Below are positions 25,320 to 36,908 of a DNA stretch of 63,285 nt, piece by piece; positions within the stretch are counted from its first letter, which is position 1, and each line of letters begins with the position of its first letter. The stretch lies in assembly GCA_013115145.1 (NCBI GenBank), contig JAAPAO010000144.1, positions 1 to 63,285 on the forward strand. Reading direction: 5' to 3'. The notes below the pieces were generated by a model. That model had not been told where the DNA came from and searched no databases. It worked only from the letters and a program-made list of their open reading frames with translations. The translations under genes were made by a program, and so were the position numbers. The stretch comes from Perkinsus chesapeaki ATCC PRA-425 (lineage: Eukaryota > Protista > Perkinsozoa).

Positions 25320-26183
25320 TCACTTTGGACATGGTGAGAATTCTACTGTCTTACTTGAATTAACGAAGACTTTATCGAACTGAAAATCGTACCATATTGA
25401 CGCAGAATTCAACCAATAACTGTAAGTACGCACAACAGAATCATTACCCAGGGATTCGATGCTTAAAAACTTGGACAAATCGGTACCATATGCCTTGAAT
25501 AAAGTTATCTTGGAATGGCTCTCTGTTCCGTGGAACTGCCATCCAATGGTCCCGATTGTTTCTAAGGCTGATGAGCCACTCATTTCTTGAAGAAAGTCTA
25601 GTCTTCCAATGAACGGTGAACAATCATTGGCAGCAAATTGTAGGCGAATGTCGCTGAGGAGAGGCGAAGTCGGAAGGTTGCAGTAACCGGTATGCGCCTG
25701 ATTCCTTGTGAGGCCCCGAGCGCAATTGCTATAGGTCAAAGTGGCGTTGACATCCTTGGTAACTGGAATTATCAGGGAATCCTCGCCGAAAGGGCTGCCA
25801 GGCATAAAGGGTAGGCCATCATCCCAAATAGTCGAAGAAAGGTTCAATCTGCCCAAAAGACGCTTAATTCTTTTAATATATCTACCAGGTTGAATAACGA
25901 CCTTAAATCCACTGACTGTATTAGTAAGTGTGTACCAAATCATAGCATAGTCACCGTAAGACTTGTTGGTAGTATGATTGTATACCAATACATCTATATA
26001 TGCTTTTCGACATCCTTCGCAACCCTTATGCACCCCGATATCTTCAAAGGAGAACCTAATATTGGTCCTCTCCTCGGACGCATAGTCGCCACAGTAATAG
26101 CTTTCCGAAACGGAAGGGGCAGCTGAAATAGGTGCGAGTAGTGCGATTATACCGATTATTTGGCAGATCAGCGTCCTTTCCAT
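25320..26183 (-). CDS. Secreted Cys-rich hypothetical protein, family member C (likely start MERTLICQ)
   Basis: Family motifs; the signal peptide follows the Met at 26183. Confidence 0.88.
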   Translation of the reverse strand: MERTLICQIIGIIALLAPISAAPSVSESYYCGDYASEERTNIRFSFEDIGVHKGCEGCRKAYIDVLVYNHTTNKSYGDYAMIWYTLTNTVSGFKVVIQPGRYIKRIKRLLGRLNLSSTIWDDGLPFMPGSPFGEDSLIIPVTKDVNATLTYSNCARGLTRNQAHTGYCNLPTSPLLSDIRLQFAANDCSPFIGRLDFLQEMSGSSALETIGTIGWQFHGTESHSKITLFKAYGTDLSKFLSIESLGNDSVVRTYSYWLNSASIWYDFQFDKVFVNSSKTVEFSPCPK

Positions 26184-26806
26184 TGTGTCAATGATATAGA
26201 GAAGTTGGTCTACGGATATAGGGGTTTTACGACAACAAGCTTGCGTTAGTGAGGAGGGTGATAACACAGCGTCTTCAGCACTATCAATGCTGTATAGCGT
26301 TATTGTTCAGACCTCTCAAAGGAGATCGCCCTCTATGTGACAGGCTCTGGAGGGCTCCTCCTGGATGAGCCGTCGGCTCCTTGGAGCGATAGCTTTTACG
26401 AATGAAACTCATAAGCTATACACTTTACGTTGTCGTTTACGCGTGCTCAGCGATGGTAAACCTGCTAGAGAATATACCACAGGAATGCTGGTGACTTTCT
26501 TGGATTGTCTAGTTGTGGTGGTACTAACCAAGTTATTGAATCACTGTGATTCGATCCACGACACTCCGGGCGACGTGGAACTAAGCAAGTGACATCGATG
26601 GTGCGAATGTTATACATGGAGGATACTATCTTAGCATCTTGCCAGTAGCTGGCAACCAGTTAAACACTAGACCATGAATATTAACCTGGAGCATTCTTTC
26701 ATAGCCTCGGCGGCGACATCTGTGTCACTATCTTAGGACTTTAAGGGGCTATCAGAACTCGAGGACGGGACACTATTAGGAGGCAGGCGTGACGCGCATT
26801 CTGGGC

Positions 26807-27065
26807 GAGTCACGGTGACTCAGCCAGGGTGACTGTCACCCGGTGACAAGGTCCCTGAACCGAGGATCTCAGTCAGGGAGGAGGTTGCGAAGTCAAAAGC
26901 GATCGACACTGACCTCAGGTATCTTCTACATCTTTCAAAAATTGCTCGCTGCGAAGGGCCTCAGCCTTGGCTGCGAGGTTGAGGTGCACATGCGCGGGCG
27001 TCTCCCGGCGTGCATCGAATACTAATCTTATATTTTTTATCACATTGTGCCCCTTTCAAAGGGGC
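26807..27065. repeat. Second cluster of odd-length palindromes
   Basis: 26807-26821, 26827-26841 and 26834-26848 (7-bp arms); 27049-27065 (8-bp arms). Confidence 0.7.
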
Positions 27066-27757
27066 CCTTCATGGGAGGGTGCCCCCGGGGAGAGTGATCG
27101 CACCCCAGAGTGATCGTGAAGGCATGAGGACTTCGTGAAAACCTGAAAAGCGAAGCGTACTCTTTCGGAATGAGTGGTAGTCAACCGACTAGTACCTGGA
27201 CTAGCTGGCCAGAAAGTGCACTACTTCTATGCTTGCCACCGATGGCCTCGATGGCTTTTGAGAGATGCTATCCTCAGGATAGTATCCTGCATAATCATAT
27301 CGTCATTAGCTCGGATTCAATCCGACCTTCTCGAATCTTCCGTTTAAGTTATTGAGTCTGACTGGCTCTTCGAGTTCGGAATTGAGTTTCGCCCTGTGCC
27401 GGAGCATTACTTTGAAGTTGCAGGATCTCTACCCGAGCCCCATGTCCCGAGTTCCACCCCTAAATCCCTAGTCAAAATTGGCTGGCACTGACGGCGCCCT
27501 TGTCAACACATTGAAGGGGTCCTTGAGAGTTGGATTTCAGCTCCGGCTTTTACAAGTGCCGCTTCGTAGAATTAGTGGCCAACGCAACAATATCTCACAG
27601 AGGGAATCGACTATAGCCTAAACGACCTCCTAATGCCTTGAAAATTTGCCAAGTTACACGTTCCTTATACAAACCGTGACCAGAATATACTTCTATTACG
27701 ACGTACTTCCGATTTCTTTTATGAACAGACCGATGTTTTCCGGCTAGCAAATATCGG

Positions 27758-28624
27758 CTAACATGGAAAGAGCTCCACGATCCTGTCTAGATATACTAAT
27801 ACCATATCAAACTGAAAGTCGTACCAGATCGGTTCTCCATTGAACCAATAGTCGTAAGAACGCAGAGCAGTATTACTGCCTAGGGAGTCGAGGCTTAAGA
27901 ACTCGACCAAATCTGTACCATATGTTTTGAATAAAGTTATTCTAGATAGACCTTCTATGCCACTTAATTGCCATCCGACCGAGCCGATTCGCTCCAAGCG
28001 AGCGCCGCCGGATTTCTTTTGAACGAAATCAAGTCTACCCACTAACGGTGTGCAATCACTTGAGGAAAATTGCAAACGGACGTCGTAGAGGTACTTCGAA
28101 GTAGGAGCGCTGCAGTAACCCAAATGCGCCTTTCTCGTGAGGCCCCGACCACAGTTGGTGTAAGTCAAAGTAGCGTTAACTTCCTTGGTAACTGGAATTA
28201 TCAGGGAATCCTCGTCAAAAGGGCCGCCAGGCATAAAGGGTAGGCCATCATCCCAAATAGTTGATGAAAGATTTAATCTGCTCAACAGACGCTTCACCCT
28301 TTCGAGATCCTCGCCGGCAAGAATATTAGCCTTGAAGACATCGTCTGTATAATTGAGTGTATACCAGAAGTCGACGTAGTCACCTTTGGACGTACGAGCC
28401 GTACGATTGTGTTTTAATACGTGTATAGCCCCACTGCGGCAGTCTTGGCAATCACTAGGCACCCCGAAGTCTTCGAAGGCGAACCTAATATTGCTCTCCT
28501 CTTCCGATGCCTGATCGGCACAGTAATAGCCATACGGCAAACGAACAGCGCCGGAGATGACAAGAGTAGGTGTTATTAGTAAGATAATCCCAATCATATA
28601 GCTGGGCAATTTCATATACGGCAT
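27758..28624 (-). CDS. Secreted Cys-rich hypothetical protein, family member D (288 aa)
   Basis: Signal peptide and family motifs. Confidence 0.88.
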   Translation of the reverse strand: MPYMKLPSYMIGIILLITPTLVISGAVRLPYGYYCADQASEEESNIRFAFEDFGVPSDCQDCRSGAIHVLKHNRTARTSKGDYVDFWYTLNYTDDVFKANILAGEDLERVKRLLSRLNLSSTIWDDGLPFMPGGPFDEDSLIIPVTKEVNATLTYTNCGRGLTRKAHLGYCSAPTSKYLYDVRLQFSSSDCTPLVGRLDFVQKKSGGARLERIGSVGWQLSGIEGLSRITLFKTYGTDLVEFLSLDSLGSNTALRSYDYWFNGEPIWYDFQFDMVLVYLDRIVELFPC

Positions 28625-29820
28625 TTGAGTCTGATAGAGGAATTGGTTTACAATTACACAGGCACTGAGGGATAACCATGGAAAGGTTGGGCAAGTGGGA
28701 ATAGGTTTCAGAGGTCCTTTATCAGTGGTGAATCACCACTGCGAATGATCAAAGACCATTGCGCCACAACATCGAGTGCGACTTTGAAGGGACAATGTGA
28801 CCTATGCGAGAGGTCCTGGCGGAGCCATGGAGCCTCTTCGTTACCCTGTCTCTGAGTCCAGCAGACCAGTTGATTTATTGAGTGATTTAATGTATTCTGA
28901 GAGCAGACCGAAAGTACCCATCGTAATTCAGTCATGTTGCCTACCTCGCTCTTAACACCCCTACAAATCTCCCATTTTTCGGACGATGCGAGTTCAATGT
29001 GCACATCGCATGGGGCCCAGCAGGCGGCTCCGCCAGACGAGTGTCTCATGGAAGTTCGAGTATATATATTGGTTCCCTATTAGTTTCAACGCCAGGCTCT
29101 GGCGTTCAACATGCTCCGAGCATGAATATTGAACATTCAATATTCGACCTATCTATATATCTGTCTATCATTGCAGACGGCACCCTTGTGCCAGGCTCTT
29201 CCGGTTACGAGACATCAGTCAAACATAGATGCGGGACACCAATGTCGTTTCGGGGACGCGCCGTCTAAAACTGGTTATCAAAAAAATGAAATGTTTATCG
29301 GGCCGATAATTGCTCAACTTCAATTCGGAATATTGGCCAGTCTTGATAGATTTGTGCAGGTTTATTGATGAACGAAACACCAAGAACCCTGATATTCTAA
29401 ACGTTAATGTATTACAATATTGAATGAACAAGCAAGACTAGCGCTTGAAAAGACAGAACACAGTTCACAAGATATGGTCTCCGTCACACAAGTAATCATC
29501 ATCTTGGACACTTGTAATTCTTTAGCCTCAATGCCGGAACCGGCACAGATTGGCTCTTCGTTGAACGTTGCCGAGGCAGTCAACGTTGCCTACTCTACTA
29601 GTACCCTACTAGTAGGATCGGGTTTCATGCATGAACAACTGAGTTGAGAGATATTGCAAGGGTTGAATAATGGATTCGATTGACATAGCTGGCTCTTGAT
29701 GTCACTGAGTCCAGTGCTCTATAGTTGTTGAGAGGCTTGCATTATACAAGTCACGTAACCGTCTTGTCGAAGTTGTTTAGTCCAAACGAGTTTCGAATCG
29801 GAATTTTCGATCCTGGAGTT

Positions 29821-30365
29821 CAAAGACCTTCACGGTGAAGGTCTTTGTGAAGGCTCCACCAGAGGTCTAACTATGCTTTGGTTATCTCAATTAGGATATA
29901 CCATCGTTTAACTCAGTCTTCAGTAAAGACAGAGTTGAACCGTTCAACGTGAACGACTGAATTTCAGTGAAGACTCTTTTATGAGTCCCTCAACACGGTC
30001 ACCGTGAGTGAGGTCGCAAATCGGAGACCGTGTCACGGTAGGAACTCCGTGACCTCACTGAAAATAACGGAGACCTTATCGAGCTATAAATTATAGCACA
30101 TCAGCACAAACCAATAATTGTAAGTGCGCACACCAGAATTGAGGAGTGCTACGGTGGCACTGCCGCCGTCTCACGAGAAAGGATAGCTGGGTAGAAATTT
30201 ATAGCCTCTGAGTCAGAGGCTCTGACCAGTTAAACGCTGGGGCCTCAAATGCAAGGGGAGTCCACATCCTTTGCCATTGAATTCTAGTAGAATTTCTGTT
30301 GGAGTGGTCCAATTCTCGAACGCTACGCGAACAGATTGATTGAGTTGTACTAGCGACTCGCTAGT
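29821..30365. repeat. Third cluster of odd-length palindromes
   Basis: 29821-29847 (13-bp arms), 29934-29948 (7), 29956-29968, 29994-30006 and 30027-30039 (6), 30203-30221 (9), 30349-30365 (8). Confidence 0.8.
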
Positions 30366-30807
30366 AGCGAGTGCAACTCCTCTAGATAACAGGACGTTAT
30401 TATCATTGTTATTATCTACTAGAAGACCTTTTAGGACTCGATATCGCGACGCTTTATACGATTCTACTGACCTTGGCAGCTTACAAGCGTGTCACTGATA
30501 AACTAGTATATCTTTCTACGACTCGTAGACTACGGCGGCGCTGACTTGCGGGTGCAAAAAGTACCATTATGGTAAAAATGCAGGATTGAACTGCAAACGC
30601 AATAATTTCCTGAATTGAAACCCGAGATCGAATCGATTCAATCGATTATGATGTAGACTATCTTTTGAGACTTCGACAATGTGGCCCATCAGATGCTTCT
30701 TGTACTGACTGTGACCAATACCCCCTTCGAAGCCGAGCTAAATGCGAATCACATCCGACGAGGAGTAGGACGTTCTCCGACTAGCAATGTATATTACGCA
30801 TTCTCGT

Positions 30808-31668
30808 CTAGCATGGTGAGAACTCGACGATCTCACTCAAATTCACGAAAACCTTATCAAACTGAAAGTCATACCAAATCCGATCGGCATCCAACCAATA
30901 GTTGTAAGTACGCACAGCCGAACTATTGCCTAGTGATTCGATGCCCAGGAACTGGGACAAATCTGCACCATTTGTCTTGAACAAAGTTATCCTGGAGAAA
31001 CCTCCTGTGCCACTGAATTGCCATCCAACTAAACCGATTCGCTCCAAGGGGGCTCCCCCGGACTTCTCTTGGATGAAACCGAGCCAACCCATAAACGGTG
31101 AGCAATCACTTGGAAAGAATTGCAAGTGGATGTCGTAGAGTAAGTTCGAATTATGAAGGCTGCAGTAACCGGTATGCGCCTGGTTTCGTGTGAGACCTCG
31201 AGGGCAGTTGCTATAGGTCAATGTAGCGTTGACATCCTCGGTAATTGGGATTATCAAGGAATCCTCGCCGAAAGGGCCGCCAGGCAGGAAGGGTAGGCCA
31301 TCATCCCACATAGTCGTTGAGAGATTCAATCTGCCCAGCAGACGTTTGATCTCATTGAGATACGTGTCTGGCGGGAAAAAAATCCTCAAGCCATTGGCTG
31401 TATTATTAAGTGTATAATAAAATATGACAAAGTCGCTCTCAGACATATTAGCTCTACGATCATGCATCATAACGTCTATAATCCCTCCTCGACATTCTTG
31501 GCAGTCTACAGGCACCCCCGAATCCAAGAAACCAAACCTGATATCAGTCTTCTCCTCGGAAGCCTGATCGGAACAGAAATAGCCCTGTGGAACAGGGGGG
31601 ATACCAGTATAGGCTACAGTTAGTAGAGTAATTGCAACCATGTAGCTGACCAGTGTACTAGTCGGCAT
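30808..31668 (-). CDS. Secreted Cys-rich hypothetical protein, family member E (286 aa)
   Basis: Signal peptide and family motifs; upstream flank homologous to member D. Confidence 0.88.
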   Translation of the reverse strand: MPTSTLVSYMVAITLLTVAYTGIPPVPQGYFCSDQASEEKTDIRFGFLDSGVPVDCQECRGGIIDVMMHDRRANMSESDFVIFYYTLNNTANGLRIFFPPDTYLNEIKRLLGRLNLSTTMWDDGLPFLPGGPFGEDSLIIPITEDVNATLTYSNCPRGLTRNQAHTGYCSLHNSNLLYDIHLQFFPSDCSPFMGWLGFIQEKSGGAPLERIGLVGWQFSGTGGFSRITLFKTNGADLSQFLGIESLGNSSAVRTYNYWLDADRIWYDFQFDKVFVNLSEIVEFSPC

Positions 31669-32627
31669 TTATCTTTTTTGGAGGAATTACAGAGTCCCTG
31701 AAAGATAACGACCGGAAGCTTGTGCAAGTGAGAATAGCTATTCAACACTGCCAATGATGCACAGTGTCAGCAGTGGCACTACTCCTACGGTAGTACCGTA
31801 GTGCGAACCTCGAGGGGACACTGTGACCTATACGAAGGATCCTGGCGGAGCCGTGGAGCCTATCCGTGGGCCTTTCTTACAGTTCGGCAGACCAGCGAGT
31901 TTCTTGAGCAAGTGCAGTACACTTTATGTCAACTGAGAGCTTATTTCTCATGCCATGCGCTCAGCTAATCAAAAACTTCATGTGAGACCCAATTCGTGGT
32001 ATGATGCGAGCGCAGTGGCTCATCCTAGGTTATTATACAGGGGACAAGGGTTTCAATATGTAGTCGAAAATACAGCTACACCTTTTACATCTACGTTCCT
32101 AGTTTACGCAAGATGGCGAATGTTTCACCGAAGACCGTACTGCTACGATAGTTAGTAGCACTGGAGAAGTGCTGAAGATAGCGTATTCACATTGTTCTTG
32201 TCCACGAATCTGAGCGTCACGTGGAGCCTACCAGGCGGTGTCGCATTATGAGCGTCCCGTGAATTCCTGACCAATATATAAGCTGAACAAGCTCTGAGCA
32301 CTTGAACACCAGAGCCTGAATATTTGACCTCTGATATCCGTTTGCCCTTTGAGATGAGCCACTGTGCCAGCCTTCTACGGTCACGTGATGGTATCCGAAC
32401 AAAGGTTCGGGGCACCTCTACGGGCTCACGTGACGCGCCTCTTGCGGGGAATACCATACATTGTTTGCTAACGCAAATGAGTACCTTGCTAAGTATAAGT
32501 TAGTGAACACGCTCTTGCAAACTTCAACGCTTCAACGGTTACTGTTCAATGAATCAGGCGCTCGCTTAACTTCAACGGTTCACGATGGCATCTGATGGGT
32601 CTAGTTCTCACGTGGTACCTTTATCAC

Positions 32628-33470
32628 ATGAAATCCCATCTCTGCCCTCTCATCGCCTCGATTATCGTGGCTTCCGCGTGCTCAGTAGACTGCTACCGCG
32701 AGTATCGGGACAGCGATAGGTTTGACCCTTCAATTGAGGATGGGAAGCAGAAGTGCAGGGACAAGATCGGCCTTCCTTGCTACGTGGAGTTCCGCAGCAA
32801 AGTTGAGGTCAGTATCTACCATTATGTCTATGCACCGGACAGCGGCTGTCCGACAGCCTCCTGGGCCGCCACGAGAATCATTATTGTTTCTCCCTTAGTC
32901 GGTTGTCGCATATGTTTCGGTATATCTGAATTACTCTTTGGAACCACAAGTGGAACGGGCTATCAAAGCGAGGACGTAATTAAGAGGTTCATACCTGACC
33001 GTGCCATCTTTACTTTCGCTCAGTAAGGATCCCACTAGACCGGCAACCTTCGATTACATAGATGGAGTAAGGCACTTCAGTTTGCAGCAGTCAACACGCC
33101 TTTTTGGACCGGCCATTTATCTCATCTGTTCTCAGTTAGAAGTAGCTCGAGGTTACAACTTTGATGGCGAGGCAAGAGTCCTGGTGATTCACGCTATTTT
33201 CAAGGTAAGTTATTCGGCTTCTTTTGGACTCTGGTGTCCTGTCCCGAAGCGCGTGTCAGCCGCTCCAACTTGTGACGCCGCAACGGCGCCTGGCTTCAGA
33301 CTCTGTAACGTTTCAGAGTCAGAAAGCCTACTAATATTGCGCATCTTGTTCAGGGCTTAACCACTGGTAATGCACTTGCTCTAGTAGTTTGTGTTAATCA
33401 CAGTGACGAAGCTGCAATAAGCCTGTACACTCGGGCGAGGTTCCAGAAGATTGAGGGTGAGACGAGGTCA
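32628..33470 (+). CDS. Signal-peptide GNAT-like acetyltransferase, multi-exon (3' end uncertain)
   Basis: Exon 1 MKSHLCPLIASIIVASACS..DPSIEDGKQKCRDKIGLPCYVEF is paralogous to 41916 exon 1. Later LVVCVNHSDEAAISLYTRARF resembles GNAT motif B. Confidence 0.5.
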
Positions 33471-34524
33471 GTGAGGCGAATTCGAGTACAGCACTATTGT
33501 CAGAGGAAAAGGATATGCTTTACCTCGCCCATTACTATTATAGGAGTTAAGCCAATTCGGGTGGTACAAAGGATGAACTCGATGGTGGCAGTTCTCCTAC
33601 ATACAGGTGAAGGTTTATGATTCTTGAACTATGTGTCTTTGATACCGTCTTATCATCCCAACAAAATGTCGATTAATACAATAGATCTCGTTGGCGTCCC
33701 AGACGCCTTAGACACTCTCGAGACTTCTCACCTTTTGTTGTGCCTAGCGTTATAATTTACAATGCCAACTGCACAAATGCCGGCAGGATATTTTAAACGA
33801 CCTTTGGAGATGCCTAATTGTCACCGCGTCTACTTTCAGTAGAGATGGACAAAAGCGGCTTTTAACCATGTCTACTGAAATAACCGTCCTGAAGACGGTG
33901 TCCTCTGTGATAGAGAGTCTGTATCGTACCGAAACCAGCCGGCACAGAGACTCCACGGTACGACAGTGTGCCGACGGCAAAGTCTGCTACCAGATTGGAC
34001 ATCTGCGAGAATCCCTCACGTGTGGCAGAATGGAAGGAACTTCGTTTAGCGATGCGATCAGACTATTCCAATCACTTCGTTTTCCAGACGCGTTTGTGCA
34101 GCGTTGCTGGGAATGGCGGTGAGATCGAATATCGTAGGTGTATGTAGCAAAGCTTACGCAAAAGTTTCGCTCGGAACGTTCAGAAGTCTAGTGTGAAGGA
34201 CTGTGACAGTGTGATACTTTGCACGGGTTCCCTCGCCCATTTAAGCTGAGCTATTATATCGATCAGCCTGAGTAATGCTGTCTGGTCAACTGAGTGAGAT
34301 CGGCCTGATCTCGCTTACTCTCTTCTTGACCAAGTTAGATGTTTGTTTCCAAATTATTTCGCCTAGCCATTGGACAAGAAAAATCGATGGGTATAAGCGT
34401 TCTTATGGCGAAGCGGTTTCTCAGAAACCCCTCCTCTATGAACAACAACGCTCATACATTCCAACACTTCTCTAAATTAACAACAAAAGAGAAGTACAAA
34501 TGGTAGCAATTCTCACTTATGGTC

Positions 34525-36544
34525 TCAATACGTATCAGATGAAAAACGACGCTTCCACATCTGATGAGTCCTGGCCACGAGCTCAACAGCCTTTCGACGG
34601 TTTAAAGGATGACCACCATGCATGAATGAGTTAATGACGCCACTGAAAGATACGAATATAAGCAACAATTGGAGCGCCGTTTCAGCTCACTGTGTCGGGT
34701 ATTTATACCAGCGGAACCACTCTCTTATCCCTGATATCGTATCGGGGTAAACTCCTTCCAACTGAGCAACAACGACTCCAATTCGGCTGTTAGACGTCTC
34801 TTCTGGAGCTTACGTCGCTAATATCGTTTATTTGGTGAAAATGCGGATCTTCTGTCGAAATGACGATGATCTTCCAGTCGGCCTCTCCACCGTCAATCAG
34901 ACCCATCGCCCCCAGTATCTGAGGCATCCAAGAAGCTTGCAGTAATTTCAAGGCCTCTGATAAAAGGGAATATGTTCTATCAATCACACTACCCCCATTC
35001 CCACACTCGCGAGAACCATCTTGAGGGTTATCCTATCTCTTGTAGAGGCTCACAAGGGGTGATGGACTCAATGCATTTTTTGAAGGTGCAGCATCTCATC
35101 ACCGTCATATGGCGCTCATTTCTCGGCAAGCCAGAGTCAGCACGGCCTTCAATTGCCTTACTTTCACATTTATGATTTGACCGGTGTAATAGCGAACTGC
35201 CGGCCTGCCAACTTCTATCAAATCCAAAGGATCTCCATCACCAGACAAGCCCGGTTCTTCCTCCACGTTAGGATCCTGAAAAGGAGTTGTCGACCCGCGA
35301 ATTGTATCCTTCGTTGGGCGACTCGTATATGGGGGGGAATAGGAGTAGAGTTATTTCGAAGGTGCGCTTCCGCAATACTGCGGAAACTGTCTCTGACATA
35401 TTCTCGTATCTTTCTTGTGTTTCTGTTCTTATGGCGTGAACAACACCGCGTAATACGATCAGCCATCAGCTATTAAGTGAAGATCGTCCTAATCATTCTT
35501 ACAATCAGAGTCTAATAGCGATGCAGTGCAGCATACCACAAAGCTATATTACCACTGTACAAGAACTTCTATTGCTGAGCTTGTAAGCCACTTGGTTCTT
35601 GAAGCTTTAATAGTGTTAGCAATAACTCAATAAAGAGAGCAAAAAATTTTTTCTCTTCGAAAAAATATCCTCACCTCAAAAGTCTGTGGGGCCGCACCGT
35701 AGTTCCAATAAATCACTCCGGGGTACTCCCGTAAAGAGCCATCTGAAGGAGCGATGATAACCGTGAAATTATGCGGTCAAGCTACCTTTAAAAATATCTT
35801 GCCGTATTGGATTCATGGCAGGATACTTGTAGCTCTCTCGATTGATCTCCATCTTGGCCTTCGTGAACCTCGGTATTTCAACCACCATTCTCACCAGACT
35901 ATCATCTTTGCTATCAACGTACAACGGTACCTAACGCTGTCCATGGTGAGAGCCAACGTGTGAGCGGCGAACTCCGCAGGCAATGAAAGAAAGCCTAGAA
36001 AAACCCATCGGCATGTAACACGCCGCATGTTTGTATTGCAACATGAAGCACCGTAATAGACTAAGAAATTCAACCGGACTTTCACTAGGGCAACGTATCG
36101 GGCTTACTGTGAGAGTACTATACTATGAATAATACGACGCTGATATTAACCATTTTTCAGCAACAATGAGTTTTGAACGGAAATTTCAGCCAAGTTTTCC
36201 AAACATAGGTTTTTAGCTGAGACGGCCTCGTCGAGATTGATATGGCTTACGTCATGCCAGAAAGATATAGGCTGGCACCCTGAAGCACCGCCTTGCGCAC
36301 GCGTGCAACACTCAAGCTCATACCGTGCCGTCCCTGGTTCACCAACGGTAATAACTCCGAACCCGTCGGAGGATCCAGAGGCCGACCAAACGCTATCTAA
36401 GGCTTTTCGAGGGGCGGAGCGAAGCCACTGTAGAAGGGATAGAGAGGAGTAACACAAAAGGGCGAGGAGAGATAAGGCAAGTATGGTTGGATGCCGAGAA
36501 CGGGACTTCGGTGAGGAAGTGCTAGTAGATTGAGGAGAAGACAT
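34525..36544 (-). CDS. ppa: Family I soluble inorganic pyrophosphatase with N-terminal hydrophobic segment, multi-exon
   Basis: ISFWHDV; MVVEIPRFTKAKMEIN; YWNYGAAPQT; GDGDPLDLIEVG; ILGAMGLIDGGEADWKII; IREWFRWYK. Confidence 0.9.
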
Positions 36545-36908
36545 GGTACCAATCCAAGCCTGACGAGACGCAAAGCGACCTATTCCGAACCTTACACGCT
36601 CGACCTCAAGATACCATCGAATCGGGAAACGCTTTACTCATTAGGTAACTTGTAACTCAATCACTCTAAGGGATCAAGCTGTTTACTAGAAGTTATAACG
36701 TCTCATTGGACGGTTTAGAGAAGGAAAGGCAAATGTAGATGAGAAGCAATTTTATCAATTAATAGGACGGTTACTAACATCGACCATATACAACTGTGGC
36801 AGTAGGAATAATCAACTTAAATTAAGTAATGCAACTTGGGAGGGGATTAGCGGAAGGCCGAGGAACGAGAATCCTGAAACAGGGAAATAACAAAGTGAAC
36901 TTCCTGGC

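Noticed and set aside
26900-27020. HVHL (HUH-like) motif on the minus strand between hairpins
   Set aside because: Short stop-bounded frame with no catalytic Tyr motif or helicase; too little to call a Y1 transposase or Helitron.
29219-29431. LKLSNYRP resembles the non-LTR RT motif NYRPISL
   Set aside because: No further RT domains follow in any frame.
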